From a virus (taxonomy: Duplodnaviria; Caudoviricetes), in IMG/VR virus record IMGVR_UViG_3300037067_027616, positions 384,001 to 448,000 of that record: a stretch of 64,000 bases of DNA. The stretch is one strand, 5' to 3'. Made by a program: the position numbers and the translations under genes. Shown piece by piece: positions 46,614 through 56,669 of this stretch; position 1 is the stretch's first letter; each line of letters opens with the position of its first letter. The notes under the pieces were generated by a model. That model was not told the DNA's origin, searched no databases, and was given only the letters and a program-made list of their open reading frames with translations.

Positions 46614-46979
46614 ATGTGGTGGGAGTTTGCAATTTACATCCTCGTGGCTCTCGTGGCCTTGTATCTAATCATCTGGCAGAAGCCGTTCGTAAAGAAATAT
46701 TGGAAGTACCTCTTGGCGGCGATACCCCTGATCATCGTCATCGTGCGTATCATCGCATGGCTTGTGGGTAGAAGGCAGGACGGAAACGGTCCCGCCAACG
46801 AATTGCATACGGCCATAAACTCGGTGCGCGACAGCATCCAGGAAGCCAACATGGAGGCGGCAGTCAATGTGGCCGCCGCGCGTGCCAAAGACCAAGCCAA
46901 ATTGGATGAACTCAAAAGGGTCATGGCAATCAAGGACAGAGCCGAACGTATGAAAAGGCTCGCGAAGCTCGTGGGGTGA
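46614..46979 (+). CDS. Membrane protein with C-terminal coiled coil (i-spanin-like architecture)
   Basis: TM helices followed by an Ala/Lys-rich helix; GGAGG RBS. Confidence 0.55.
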   Translation: MWWEFAIYILVALVALYLIIWQKPFVKKYWKYLLAAIPLIIVIVRIIAWLVGRRQDGNGPANELHTAINSVRDSIQEANMEAAVNVAAARAKDQAKLDELKRVMAIKDRAERMKRLAKLVG

Positions 46980-46992
46980 CAAGGAGAAATTT

Positions 46993-47508
46993 ATGAGAAA
47001 ATCTTTCATTATGCTTATTCTTACGGTCACCGTGTTGCAAGCGCAGGATAGCATACCACCGCTCATCTACAGTTTCATGCCAAAATGCATGGACATTGAT
47101 AGTGTCGTCCGTATCATACCCGGGGACACCTCGGATGTGGTCAGTGCCACCACCAATGATTATGAATCCATAGCCATTCCCGATTCGGGGGTATTTGTTT
47201 CATATTCCGGGGATACCTTGATTCTTCCCCCTGGGGTGCTCTTTAGCGAGCGTAAGACCGCCTTGCATGTGTTCTACAGGAGTGCGTGGGAGAGACAGGC
47301 ACGGGAGTTGTATTACATGAAGTACCTTGTGGGTACATACTGCCAGAAGTCCAAAGAGGCGGAGATTCTATACCAAAGCGAAATAGAGCGTCTTCGCAGG
47401 CAGGCCAAAAGGAATTGGCTTGAGCGCAACGCCGGCTACATCGGGTTCGGCGCCGCTTTGGTTGTCATGGCCGTACGCGATTACGCGGTGGCTGAAATAA
47501 TGAAATAG
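46993..47508 (+). CDS. Secreted/membrane-anchored protein
   Basis: Signal-peptide-like N-terminus, coiled coil, C-terminal TM. Confidence 0.55.
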   Translation: MRKSFIMLILTVTVLQAQDSIPPLIYSFMPKCMDIDSVVRIIPGDTSDVVSATTNDYESIAIPDSGVFVSYSGDTLILPPGVLFSERKTALHVFYRSAWERQARELYYMKYLVGTYCQKSKEAEILYQSEIERLRRQAKRNWLERNAGYIGFGAALVVMAVRDYAVAEIMK

Positions 47509-47518
47509 GAGACTACAC

Positions 47519-47725
47519 ATGCCGTATGGAAAAAGAAGCAAGAAGAAGCCTTTGATGGTCAAAGACGATACCTGTCCGCGCCAACCACCCCCCGTGGAAG
47601 GTAACGACAAGCTTGAAAAATTGTACGCTCGAGGCATCGCCGAACTCCAAGGCGACAACCCGCCAAAGCCGTCCAGATACGGCTCCTCTGGATACGGTCG
47701 GAAGTCTTCAGGATACGGTTCTTGA
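47519..47725 (+). CDS. Small basic protein with SSGYG repeats
   Basis: GGAG RBS. Confidence 0.5.
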   Translation: MPYGKRSKKKPLMVKDDTCPRQPPPVEGNDKLEKLYARGIAELQGDNPPKPSRYGSSGYGRKSSGYGS

Positions 47726-47740
47726 AAGATCATTTACCCC

Positions 47741-47769
47741 TTTAATTTCAGGCCCCCAAAAAGTATATT
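47741..47769 (+). promoter_or_regulatory. Putative promoter TTTAAT-N17-TATATT
   Basis: Recurrent motif. Confidence 0.45.
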
Positions 47770-47815
47770 AAATAAGCGGCGTCAATACAGACGTCTGTCA
47801 TTCAGGATATAATAC

Positions 47816-49522
47816 ATGGCAATAGTCAGTTTCACGTCAAAAGAAGAAGGAAGTTCTTGTCCTGAACCCGTGGCGATGACAAAGCTTGACCGTAATTTCA
47901 AAGGCTTCGCCAAGTATCTTATCGCCGTATATGGAAATTCACCGAAGTTCATCATAGAGATTGCCGAGAGCGCGGCGAAGTTCGCACGCAGGCTCAACAT
48001 CGGTAACAAGCGATTCAAAACCGCCCTCGATGTCGTCCAGTACGGCGTCCCTGCGGTGACACTCACCAGTGATTTGTTTTCGAAGATTATGTTTTTCGAC
48101 AAGATCACCAAGGAACAGCCGAACGTATACGGGGAGCGTGAAGTTAAGATACGCAGGCTCCTTGGTTTGAAGGACTCCGACTCGAACAGGACAATCGTGG
48201 GAGGTACTTTTGAGGTTGGCAAGGACGTATGCCAATGGATATCTCGCCGTCCCAACACAAAAAGTTTCATAGTAGAAGGGTTTTACAAGTATGACGACCT
48301 TAATGTCGCCAAGGATCTGTGGGAAGTCGAGCGCGGTGATGTGTTCATTGTCATAAATTTCGAGGAGCGAAAATTCGTTTGGCAGTTGAACTATTTGCAA
48401 TATGAGGACAAACTTACCGTCAACGACTCGTATATATATTTCTTGTCTAAAATTTCGGAAACACCAAGCCCCTTGTTAAAAAAACACTTCTCAACCGCCA
48501 AAAAATATCACCCAATGGTTGTTGAAGAAGAATGTGCTGGTATAGAGGGGGTCCTGTCCCGTCTCAAGAATTCAGTTTTCCAAGACTTCCTCGAACATTT
48601 TGATGTCACCCGCAATGTCATATGCCTCAACAAGGGTTTGACCTCGAGGAGTAGGGTCATCTTTGATGAGAGGGTAAACCAATATGACATCGAAAGGTTC
48701 TCGGCAGAGATACGCAAAGTTCTTAAAAGGGGCCGCAAGAGGGGATACGCCTTCGTGGGCATACCCGGCACCGGCAAGTCCACCATCATCCGCAAGTTGG
48801 AGGACACCCTTCGGGACTACCCCATAGTTTATATAAGCCCGGACAACCTCTCCTACACGCACGAGATTGTAGAAACATTCAGGACTATCAAATACATGCA
48901 ACCGTGCATCGTCATCATGGAGGATCTCGACTCGTACAAGTTCGAGGAGAAGAATGAACGCCTTGGGGTGTTCTTGGACTCCATAGACGATGTGAACCGC
49001 AATTTGAATGTCGTGTTCATAGCAACCATCAACGACACGAAGCTCGTACACTACACGCTCATAAACCGCCCCGGCAGGCTTGACGAGGTCATACTCGTGG
49101 AACCCCCCAAGACCGCGCAGGAGGCTTACGAGGTTATGGTGGCACGGTTTGCTAAAATAGCCAGCACCGATGAGGCCGTGGACAAGAATTTCCCAAAGAT
49201 GGAGGACTTTGACCCGGCCGTGTTCCGGGACATCATCGAACACCGGATGACCCAGGCGGATGTTTGTGAACTCATTGAGAAGGCGGTGCTCCTCAAAGAC
49301 GTGGTCAACAACGAGAGTCTCCGTGAGGCGATAAACGCATTGCTTACCTCGAAGGAAGCCATCAAGATATGCAACTTCGGTGGAAACAGCCCCTATGAAA
49401 CAGATGATAACGGCACTTTAGAATTAACTCCCGGGACAGCTACAGAAGAGGTAGACTTCATATTGAATCCTAATAAAAGACCTGGTCAACGTTACCATAT
49501 GGACGAGGATATAATAGGTTAA
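47816..49522 (+). CDS. AAA+ ATPase
   Basis: GIPGTGKS, IMEDLD, ATIN, NRPGRLDE. Confidence 0.9.
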   Translation: MAIVSFTSKEEGSSCPEPVAMTKLDRNFKGFAKYLIAVYGNSPKFIIEIAESAAKFARRLNIGNKRFKTALDVVQYGVPAVTLTSDLFSKIMFFDKITKEQPNVYGEREVKIRRLLGLKDSDSNRTIVGGTFEVGKDVCQWISRRPNTKSFIVEGFYKYDDLNVAKDLWEVERGDVFIVINFEERKFVWQLNYLQYEDKLTVNDSYIYFLSKISETPSPLLKKHFSTAKKYHPMVVEEECAGIEGVLSRLKNSVFQDFLEHFDVTRNVICLNKGLTSRSRVIFDERVNQYDIERFSAEIRKVLKRGRKRGYAFVGIPGTGKSTIIRKLEDTLRDYPIVYISPDNLSYTHEIVETFRTIKYMQPCIVIMEDLDSYKFEEKNERLGVFLDSIDDVNRNLNVVFIATINDTKLVHYTLINRPGRLDEVILVEPPKTAQEAYEVMVARFAKIASTDEAVDKNFPKMEDFDPAVFRDIIEHRMTQADVCELIEKAVLLKDVVNNESLREAINALLTSKEAIKICNFGGNSPYETDDNGTLELTPGTATEEVDFILNPNKRPGQRYHMDEDIIG

Positions 49523-49528
49523 ATATCC

Positions 49529-50149
49529 ATGAGCGATTTTAGGGCCATGACTTTGAAATGCCAGTGTACGGACAAATCTTGTCCGGCATTGGGTAAGTGT
49601 GCCATGTTGCCTACTGAAATGTATCCCGACAAGGACGGGTGTGTACAATTGCTGTTCGTGGGACAAGGCGGCGGAAGGCAGGAGCGTGTAAAAGGCCGAC
49701 CGTTCGTGGGATCTGCAGGCAGAAGGATACGCCAGCAGATAGTGGCCGTAAGAAAGCAACTCGGGAAGTATGTAGGGGTGGCGTTTTCGAACACCATACG
49801 TGACTGCCCAGAAGGCAACCGTGTCCCGACCGATGAGGAACTCAAGCATTGTTTAAGCCACCTTTTTGTTGACATCAAAGTCTTGAAGGCGCTCGGTATG
49901 CGGTGCGTGGTTCTTCTCGGTAATGCCGCGAAGAGGTCACTTATAAAAGACAGCAAGATAGCCCTTGGTGCTGACCGCGGCAGTTTGTATGTAATTTCAA
50001 GCGAAAGCACAGGCATGATCCCCATGATAGCAACATACCACCCATCGGGTCTTTTGCGCCAAGGGGTCATCTTCAGCGAGAAGAACATGCACGAGAAGGA
50101 CAAGACGGTGATAGCGGACATTATAAAGGCGTACAGCCACACGGCGTGA
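49529..50149 (+). CDS. Uracil-DNA glycosylase, family 4-like
   Basis: VGQGGG, GRPFVGSAG, N-terminal Cys cluster, TYHPS. Confidence 0.85.
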   Translation: MSDFRAMTLKCQCTDKSCPALGKCAMLPTEMYPDKDGCVQLLFVGQGGGRQERVKGRPFVGSAGRRIRQQIVAVRKQLGKYVGVAFSNTIRDCPEGNRVPTDEELKHCLSHLFVDIKVLKALGMRCVVLLGNAAKRSLIKDSKIALGADRGSLYVISSESTGMIPMIATYHPSGLLRQGVIFSEKNMHEKDKTVIADIIKAYSHTA

Positions 50150-50162
50150 AAGGGAGTCGAAC

Positions 50163-50426
50163 ATGAAAATCACACAGCATATTCCTGGTTGCGTTGATAC
50201 GGGTGAAAAACCGAAAGTGGCCCACTTCAATAACACGCACGAACTCCTTTGCGTGCCGTGGGTAAAACATTGGTCTAAAGATCCTAGCTTCTTCCGCTAC
50301 AGCATGTCTGATGAAAGCCTCATGGCGGAATTCAAGAATGGTAAGGAATGGTGGGTGATTGGGGATATCAACCTTCCCGAAGGCGTGAAACTTCCGAAAT
50401 GGGTTCCTGTGAAAGGAAAAATATAA
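50163..50426 (+). CDS. Hypothetical protein
   Basis: GGGAG RBS. Confidence 0.55.
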   Translation: MKITQHIPGCVDTGEKPKVAHFNNTHELLCVPWVKHWSKDPSFFRYSMSDESLMAEFKNGKEWWVIGDINLPEGVKLPKWVPVKGKI

Positions 50427-51211
50427 TGCCTGGTAAATCTCTCGGAGACAGGATGAAGGAATACGAGGCGGTCACGACATCCGCCACGTTGACCAGGAGA
50501 GTCCCCACTATTCTAAGACTCGACGGACGTGCTTTCCACTCAATCAGCAGAAAGCTTGCATCCCCATACGATGAAGTTTTCCACGAGTGCATGTGCATAG
50601 CAACGGCCAACTTGTGCAAGTCGGTGCAGGGTTCGAGGTTCGCCTACCACTTCTCCGATGAGATTTCCATACTTCTCATCGACTATGAAAAAGTGGAAAC
50701 GGAGCCATACTTCGGTTACTCCCTGCAGAAGATCGTTTCAGTAACAGCATCGGCGTGTACATCTTTTTTTGCATCGGCTTGTGTTGATAAAGGTGTGTCA
50801 TGGTGCACGCCGTTTCCCATGTTTGACTGCAGGGCCTTCAACATTCCTCAAGATGATGTCGTAAATTATTTCCTGTGGAGACAACAAGATTGCACGAGGA
50901 ACTCCATCCAGACGCTTGCCAGGACGATGTACAGTCACAAGCAGTTGTTCAACGCCGACACGTCCAAGATGCAGGACATGATGATGGAGAAGGGCGTGAA
51001 TTGGAACAAATCCCCGACGAGATTCAAGCGCGGCATAGGCATGTTCAATGGGGTGGCGGGTACAGGCAAGGGGTGGGTCGCCGACTATGAAACACCTATG
51101 TTTTCCAAAGACCGCGTGTACATTGACCGTTGGGTCAATTGGGAAAGATTGGATCCGTTGTTGGACACTCGAGAAAATGCAGAAGGATATGATGTCAAAG
51201 TGATTGTTTAA
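50426..51211 (+). CDS. Thg1-like tRNA(His) guanylyltransferase / 3'-5' polymerase
   Basis: RMKEYE, RLDGRAFH, SDEIS, FDCR, WRQQDCTRNS. Confidence 0.9.
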   Translation: MPGKSLGDRMKEYEAVTTSATLTRRVPTILRLDGRAFHSISRKLASPYDEVFHECMCIATANLCKSVQGSRFAYHFSDEISILLIDYEKVETEPYFGYSLQKIVSVTASACTSFFASACVDKGVSWCTPFPMFDCRAFNIPQDDVVNYFLWRQQDCTRNSIQTLARTMYSHKQLFNADTSKMQDMMMEKGVNWNKSPTRFKRGIGMFNGVAGTGKGWVADYETPMFSKDRVYIDRWVNWERLDPLLDTRENAEGYDVKVIV

Positions 51212-51233
51212 CCTAAAGAAAGGTGGTAGAAAC

Positions 51234-51356
51234 ATGAAGGGCTGGAAGAAGAGCATCTCGTTTGTCATCATCGCTTCAGTAATCGCGTACTTGATGTATA
51301 TGTGCGCTAGGTGGTTCGGGCTTGTTGGTCCCAAGGAGGGTGACAACGGCGAATGA
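51234..51356 (+). CDS. 40-aa membrane peptide (not in ORF track)
   Basis: MKGWKKSISFVIIASVIAYLMY...; AGGTGG RBS; ATGA overlap with the next gene. Confidence 0.5.
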   Translation: MKGWKKSISFVIIASVIAYLMYMCARWFGLVGPKEGDNGE

Positions 51357-51997
51357 TAGGTTTCCTCGGTGACATACACGGTAGGTTCGAGGTCATCCCT
51401 CGGGCGTTGTCCATGCCCGGGGTTGATGCTTGGTTGCAGGTAGGCGACCTTGGGGGTGACCTTATTTCATATCCTGACTTGCCACAGGGGTTCTGGTTCA
51501 TCAAAGGCAACCACGAGAATTGGAAGGAATTGGAGTTAATCAAGACCGCTCCAGAAGGGCCATACCTGCGCAACGGGAAGGTGTATGACATACCGATGAC
51601 GTACACAAAAAGTGTGGTGCGCGTGGCGGTCATGGGCGGTAACTACTCCCCGAAGTATTCTATGTGGGAGAAGGACAAAGTACCTCCGAGCAGGGCTAGG
51701 CATTTTCTCCAAGAGGACAGGGATAGGTTGCTTGCTGAAAATGGTGACGTGGACATACTCATAACACACGAAGCACCTTCGCCGTATATGAGGGGATCGC
51801 AGGACATCGGACAGCCGTGGATAACCGAACTATCGGTACACTTGAAACCGAAGATCCATGTGTTCGGACACCACCACCGTTACGGCGCGTACGAATGTGG
51901 CGGGGTGAAGACTTTAGGGTTGGAGTACGGGTGGAGCCATTGTGTATTGTGGGATGAAAAGACCGGGGAACACCGATGGGAAAGTATCCCTGGGTGA
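51353..51997 (+). CDS. Calcineurin-like metallophosphoesterase
   Basis: GDIHG, GDLG, GNHE, THE, FGHHH. Confidence 0.9.
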   Translation: MIGFLGDIHGRFEVIPRALSMPGVDAWLQVGDLGGDLISYPDLPQGFWFIKGNHENWKELELIKTAPEGPYLRNGKVYDIPMTYTKSVVRVAVMGGNYSPKYSMWEKDKVPPSRARHFLQEDRDRLLAENGDVDILITHEAPSPYMRGSQDIGQPWITELSVHLKPKIHVFGHHHRYGAYECGGVKTLGLEYGWSHCVLWDEKTGEHRWESIPG

Positions 51998-52018
51998 GCA
52001 TACTACGAGGTTATAAAT

Positions 52019-52564
52019 ATGAATGACCACAAAGGGCAGCTCCTTATACCTGTTGAGTATTGGGACGGTAGGGATTCACTTGAATTGGAGTACCCGTGGA
52101 TCGTGCCAGAGGCCATTCAGACGTTACATTATTTTGTAAAACCCCACCATGAAGTATTGGAATATGGTTCGGGTGGTTCGACACTGTTCTTCGCCAGAAG
52201 GGCAAAGCACGTCACATCGATAGAAAACTCCCCCGAATGGGCCACTCAAGTAATGGCAGCGGCGGACCGCAAGGGCCTCAGTAACATCACAATGCATGTG
52301 GCACCTATGACACAAGACTGTCCGGATTTGACCGGCAGGCTGTTCGATGTGGCCCTTATAGACTGTTGCGAGATTGACAGGAGAGTTGCTTTGAAGGTTG
52401 CTTTGGGACTCATGCGCCCGGGGTCAATCGTGGTGATCGACAACTACGATGCAGTGTATTGTTTGGGTATTGACGAGATTCTAGCACGCTACACGAACAA
52501 ACACGACTTCGATGATCTGCATTGGTGGCCAGCAGGTAAAGGGACACGGGTGGTTTACACATGA
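52019..52564 (+). CDS. Class I SAM-dependent methyltransferase
   Basis: LEYGSGGST, FDVALID, PGSIVVIDN. Confidence 0.8.
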   Translation: MNDHKGQLLIPVEYWDGRDSLELEYPWIVPEAIQTLHYFVKPHHEVLEYGSGGSTLFFARRAKHVTSIENSPEWATQVMAAADRKGLSNITMHVAPMTQDCPDLTGRLFDVALIDCCEIDRRVALKVALGLMRPGSIVVIDNYDAVYCLGIDEILARYTNKHDFDDLHWWPAGKGTRVVYT

Positions 52565-53136
52565 CACCGTTTGAACCCGATAACCTCCCGCATGTTCACC
52601 GCATAGGAAAGTATGCGAGTGGACTTATGGATCTTTGTGATTGGGCCTCGGTTCATACAAAAGGATCATTGGCCGTTGAGGTCGGGTCATATTTGGGTGA
52701 ATCAGCTCAAATAATTTCTAGGTATTACAGGACTCTTTGGTGCGTGGATCCGTGGGGTAATAACCATCAAGGCACTCCTGCTGAAGATATTTTTTTGAAG
52801 CGATTCCCCGGCGCCAATACTCCTCAAGGATGCGTAACAAGCTGGGGATCTTGGGTTTATATGCTTAAGATGGAAAGCCCAAGAGCTTCCTTCCATTTCG
52901 AAGATCCGTTAGATTTTTTGTACATAGATGGTAACCATGACTATGCACCGTGCAAAGCAGATATCGAGGCATGGGTGCCAAAGGTAAAACAAGGAGTAGT
53001 TGCGGGCCACGATTACGACCCGATACTACAACCAGGGGTTGTCAAAGCGGTTGATGAGGTTCTTGGCAAACCGGAAAACGTGTTCATTGATACAAGTTGG
53101 GCTTTCGTGGTTGGCGAGGTGTCAAAATATGCATAA
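52561..53136 (+). CDS. Class I SAM-dependent methyltransferase (Methyltransf_24-like)
   Basis: VEVGSYLGES, YIDGNH, AGHDY. Confidence 0.85.
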   Translation: MTPFEPDNLPHVHRIGKYASGLMDLCDWASVHTKGSLAVEVGSYLGESAQIISRYYRTLWCVDPWGNNHQGTPAEDIFLKRFPGANTPQGCVTSWGSWVYMLKMESPRASFHFEDPLDFLYIDGNHDYAPCKADIEAWVPKVKQGVVAGHDYDPILQPGVVKAVDEVLGKPENVFIDTSWAFVVGEVSKYA

Positions 53137-53686
53137 CGAAATACGTGAATGGATGAAGCGTGTGAAAGGACTTTTTCCAAACCATTTTTCTCATGGAAGG
53201 GCACTCGATGTTGGCAGTCAAGACATAAACGGAAATAATCGATATTTGTTCTCTGGTGAAGCCAAATATGAGGGCATCGACATAGTCGCAGGATCTAATG
53301 TGGATCATGTCGGATATATGCACGAGTGGTCACGTGACAAACCGGATGGATTGTATGACACCATCATCAGCACCGATTGCCTTGAACACGACAAATACTG
53401 GAGGGAAACACTCGCGGCCATGATCCGCCTCTTAAAACCGGAGGGTATCATGGTATGGACTTGTGCTGGGGAAGGGCGGGCGGAACACGGAACCGAAAAT
53501 ACTAATCCTGATGCAAGCCCGGGCACACATGATTATTACGGTAACATCACGCCAGAAATGGTGAGAAATGAAGTCTATAAGCCAAAAGAAATCTTCAGTG
53601 CGTGGGACTTCGATTGTTGTACCAACACCATGGGGCCGGGTCTGGACACGCGTTTTTGGGGTTTGAAAAAAAGGGTCAATACATGA
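53129..53686 (+). CDS. Class I SAM-dependent methyltransferase
   Basis: LDVGS, CLEHD, LKPEG. Confidence 0.8.
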   Translation: MHNEIREWMKRVKGLFPNHFSHGRALDVGSQDINGNNRYLFSGEAKYEGIDIVAGSNVDHVGYMHEWSRDKPDGLYDTIISTDCLEHDKYWRETLAAMIRLLKPEGIMVWTCAGEGRAEHGTENTNPDASPGTHDYYGNITPEMVRNEVYKPKEIFSAWDFDCCTNTMGPGLDTRFWGLKKRVNT

Positions 53687-54423
53687 AGCCAATAAAGATA
53701 TTCATAACAACGTGGCACCGTGTAGATATGCTTGATCGGTGTCTCCGGGAGATCAAAGGCCGCACGACCACGCCGAATGAGGTGATCGTTTTTGACAACG
53801 GAAGTGATGATGAGGAAGTGAAACACATAAAAGATCTTCACTCTATTCACTTGTGTGACAGCATCATCTTGTGGCCCCATAACACCGGGCCATATTTCCC
53901 GAAGGCGGTTTTCTATAGTCTTACGACCCCGGAAGACACCTACTATGTGTCCAACGATGCAGATACGTACCCGCCGTATCTTGACCCTGATTGGCTTTCC
54001 CGAATGATAACCGAAATGGAAGTTTACCCGGACATAGGTGTTATGACTCCGCAGTTACCACCCCAAGTTTTACTTGGGCCAAAATACGAGCGGGGAAATC
54101 ATGTCGTGTGTACTGCCATCGGTAACCAACTTTCTTTGGTACGGAGGGCCGCGTGGCCAATAAAATTGTGGCCCCAAGAATCAGGAAAATTTGGCGATGA
54201 TTTACTCCGATCGGTTCGCATGGAAGCCAGCGGTTTCATTACAGCCTACATGAAGGATGTATGGTGCATGCACGGGGGGCAGTGTGACAAATGGGGGTAT
54301 ACCGATAGTCAATTGGCAGAAGATCCAAGGAAAGTAAAATATGCCCCGCCGTACACCTACGTGTATGACATCCAGACGTATAAACCTGTTGACCCCATCC
54401 TGCAGGATTGGAAAAAACAATGA
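53683..54423 (+). CDS. GT-A fold (GT2-like) glycosyltransferase
   Basis: ITTWHR, DNGS, DAD motif. Confidence 0.8.
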   Translation: MKPIKIFITTWHRVDMLDRCLREIKGRTTTPNEVIVFDNGSDDEEVKHIKDLHSIHLCDSIILWPHNTGPYFPKAVFYSLTTPEDTYYVSNDADTYPPYLDPDWLSRMITEMEVYPDIGVMTPQLPPQVLLGPKYERGNHVVCTAIGNQLSLVRRAAWPIKLWPQESGKFGDDLLRSVRMEASGFITAYMKDVWCMHGGQCDKWGYTDSQLAEDPRKVKYAPPYTYVYDIQTYKPVDPILQDWKKQ

Positions 54424-55043
54424 CCGCCAGTCAGGAAAGAATGGATGCACATGCGGTTAGGTTGCCTAAAGGGTATGTACCAAACCCGGACATGCACTTG
54501 GGTAATATCCGTGATGCGACCCATTTCATGAAGGCATCTAAATGGTTGAAGTCCATAGGGGCAAAGACTGTGCTGGATGTGGGGTGCTACGATGGGTGGC
54601 TGGACTTTTTGCTCATTCGGGAGGGGTACTCGTTGACGGGGGTCGAGATGATCCCGGAACTCGCCGATGCCGCTTTGAGGTATGCGGAACGTAACTTTCT
54701 GTCTTACACGGTATACACCAGTCACGTATTGGACGCATGTCCGTTCTTTATGGCAGATGACCAACAGATTCAATACGATGCGGTCGTGTGCTTTGAGACG
54801 TTAGAACATATGACTCTTGAGGAGGCCGCGAAAGCCGCGAGCCTTCTGTCACAATGGTCACGCAAAGGAGTGCTGGTATCCCTGCCCGACCAGGACCATC
54901 GCCAGAACGCACAGCATTTGTGGACACCTACGGAAGAGGTCATCAAAGGTATATGGGGTGACAAGCCCGGGTATTCGTTGGAGTACGTACCATATCAAGG
55001 TACGACCATACCATCCAATTGGTTTGTGAGTCACGGAGTGTAA
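54420..55043 (+). CDS. Class I SAM-dependent methyltransferase
   Basis: VLDVGCYDG, FETLEH. Confidence 0.85.
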   Translation: MTASQERMDAHAVRLPKGYVPNPDMHLGNIRDATHFMKASKWLKSIGAKTVLDVGCYDGWLDFLLIREGYSLTGVEMIPELADAALRYAERNFLSYTVYTSHVLDACPFFMADDQQIQYDAVVCFETLEHMTLEEAAKAASLLSQWSRKGVLVSLPDQDHRQNAQHLWTPTEEVIKGIWGDKPGYSLEYVPYQGTTIPSNWFVSHGV

Positions 55044-55047
55044 ATAT

Positions 55048-55278
55048 ATGAAATCTCTTACTATTTTGATAGAAGAATTGGTTGGACGGGCAACGTCTCA
55101 ATCGATCATGTCTGCGGATGGCAGGGGTTTAGAGCGCATGCGCAAGCAAGAAGGATACACTAAAATACCGGACAGATACAAACCCGGAAGGATGATCATG
55201 GGGTTATCGGAAGAGGAACGTGAAACACTCAAGAGAGCAAAACCAAAAGACTTTTATCACAGGCTGTTTGGTAAATAA
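55048..55278 (+). CDS. Hypothetical protein
   Basis: Fills the gap. Confidence 0.5.
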   Translation: MKSLTILIEELVGRATSQSIMSADGRGLERMRKQEGYTKIPDRYKPGRMIMGLSEEERETLKRAKPKDFYHRLFGK

Positions 55279-55295
55279 CCTAAAAGGAGAAACAC

Positions 55296-55892
55296 ATGGA
55301 AGTAACTTTGAAGATTGAAGCGAGTCAGTTAGGCGAGACCGTTGTCGATCTGTTCAAGACACTCACGGACGATCAGAAGAGGGACATTGCCAAGGAAGTT
55401 GTGACGAAGTGGTTCACCGAGGATCCGGCTGCGGAACGAGAAGCCTTCTCGGATAAGGTCGTTCGAGAACTACGGGGCAGGCATATCCGTATGGGATATG
55501 GATACAACAGCGAAAAATACACGGATGATCCAAAGGTCACCAACCAGGAAGTTTATGCCATATCAGAATATCGGGAAGCCATGCACGGTTTCAAAACATC
55601 CCGAGAGCAATTGGTGACAGCGGCTGTGGGCGCTGCAATTGAACAATACAAGGATAGCGTCAAAATTCTTGTGCTAAACGATGCGGGATTGACCGCCGCG
55701 TTTGAAACCGCAAAGAAAAAAATAGAAGAGAGTTTTCCACATATGGTTGAGCAAGCCATAATCGGTTGGTTCAAAGCCAGCATGAGTAACGCCGTGGTGG
55801 AAATACCTGGGAGTATCTACATCATGCGGGACGAGATTGACGCTATGAAGCAGACGCTGAATGAAATCGCCTTGAAGCAGAATGGATGCTGA
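55296..55892 (+). CDS. Hypothetical helical protein
   Basis: AAGGAG RBS. Confidence 0.65.
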   Translation: MEVTLKIEASQLGETVVDLFKTLTDDQKRDIAKEVVTKWFTEDPAAEREAFSDKVVRELRGRHIRMGYGYNSEKYTDDPKVTNQEVYAISEYREAMHGFKTSREQLVTAAVGAAIEQYKDSVKILVLNDAGLTAAFETAKKKIEESFPHMVEQAIIGWFKASMSNAVVEIPGSIYIMRDEIDAMKQTLNEIALKQNGC

Positions 55893-55910
55893 AAGACTGT
55901 AGGAAATAAA

Positions 55911-56669
55911 ATGGGAGTGACCCCCATCTATATCACCTCGTTCCACCGCAAGGACTTCACAGAGCGGTGTGTCCGCGAGATCCACGAACGCACGGCGCCG
56001 GGGACGTACGAGATACACTTGTACGACAATGACTCTATGTCTGACAAAGGTGACAGGGACTTCGCCTATGGGCTTCTTGAGAAGAATCTTATAACGTCCC
56101 TTCATCTGGATGCCCGGAACACCGGATGCCTTTACAACAAGATGGTCTTCCATGCAATGACTACAGCCGATACCCCATTCTATGTGGTTACAGATAATGA
56201 TGTCTTCCCGCCGAAATTGGAGCCAGATTGGTTGTCACGCATGCTTGCCATCATGAACGGTAACCCCTCGTTGGCGCTCCTTGCCATGCAACTGCCGCCG
56301 CAGATATTCCAAAGGCCCTCCGGTGAAAGGGCGCTTGGGGTGTGGTACTGCAGGGCTGTAGGAAATACGTTCAAGGTTGTTCGCACGGAGGCACTGTCCG
56401 CCGCGATGTCACAGGGACTTTTGAAGCAGGCTCTCATGAAATTCGGAGATGACGGTGCGGTGTCTACGGCTTTGATTGCAATGAAGTATCGTGTCGGGTT
56501 CTGCCAAGACATATACTGTTACCATGCAGGGCAGTGTGACAAATGGGGGTACCGTCAAGAAGAGTTGGCGAAGGATCCTCGTAAAATTGGGTATGGCAAA
56601 CCTTTCACGTACGCGTTCGAGGACGAGGAGAAGTACCTTCCTGAAAAGAAATGGAGATTGGGCCCATGA
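55911..56669 (+). CDS. GT2-like glycosyltransferase, paralogue of the 53683 gene
   Basis: ITSFHR, DND; shares PDWLSRM, QLPPQ, KFGDD, HxGQCDKWGY, DPRK with the 53683 ORF. Confidence 0.8.
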   Translation: MGVTPIYITSFHRKDFTERCVREIHERTAPGTYEIHLYDNDSMSDKGDRDFAYGLLEKNLITSLHLDARNTGCLYNKMVFHAMTTADTPFYVVTDNDVFPPKLEPDWLSRMLAIMNGNPSLALLAMQLPPQIFQRPSGERALGVWYCRAVGNTFKVVRTEALSAAMSQGLLKQALMKFGDDGAVSTALIAMKYRVGFCQDIYCYHAGQCDKWGYRQEELAKDPRKIGYGKPFTYAFEDEEKYLPEKKWRLGP

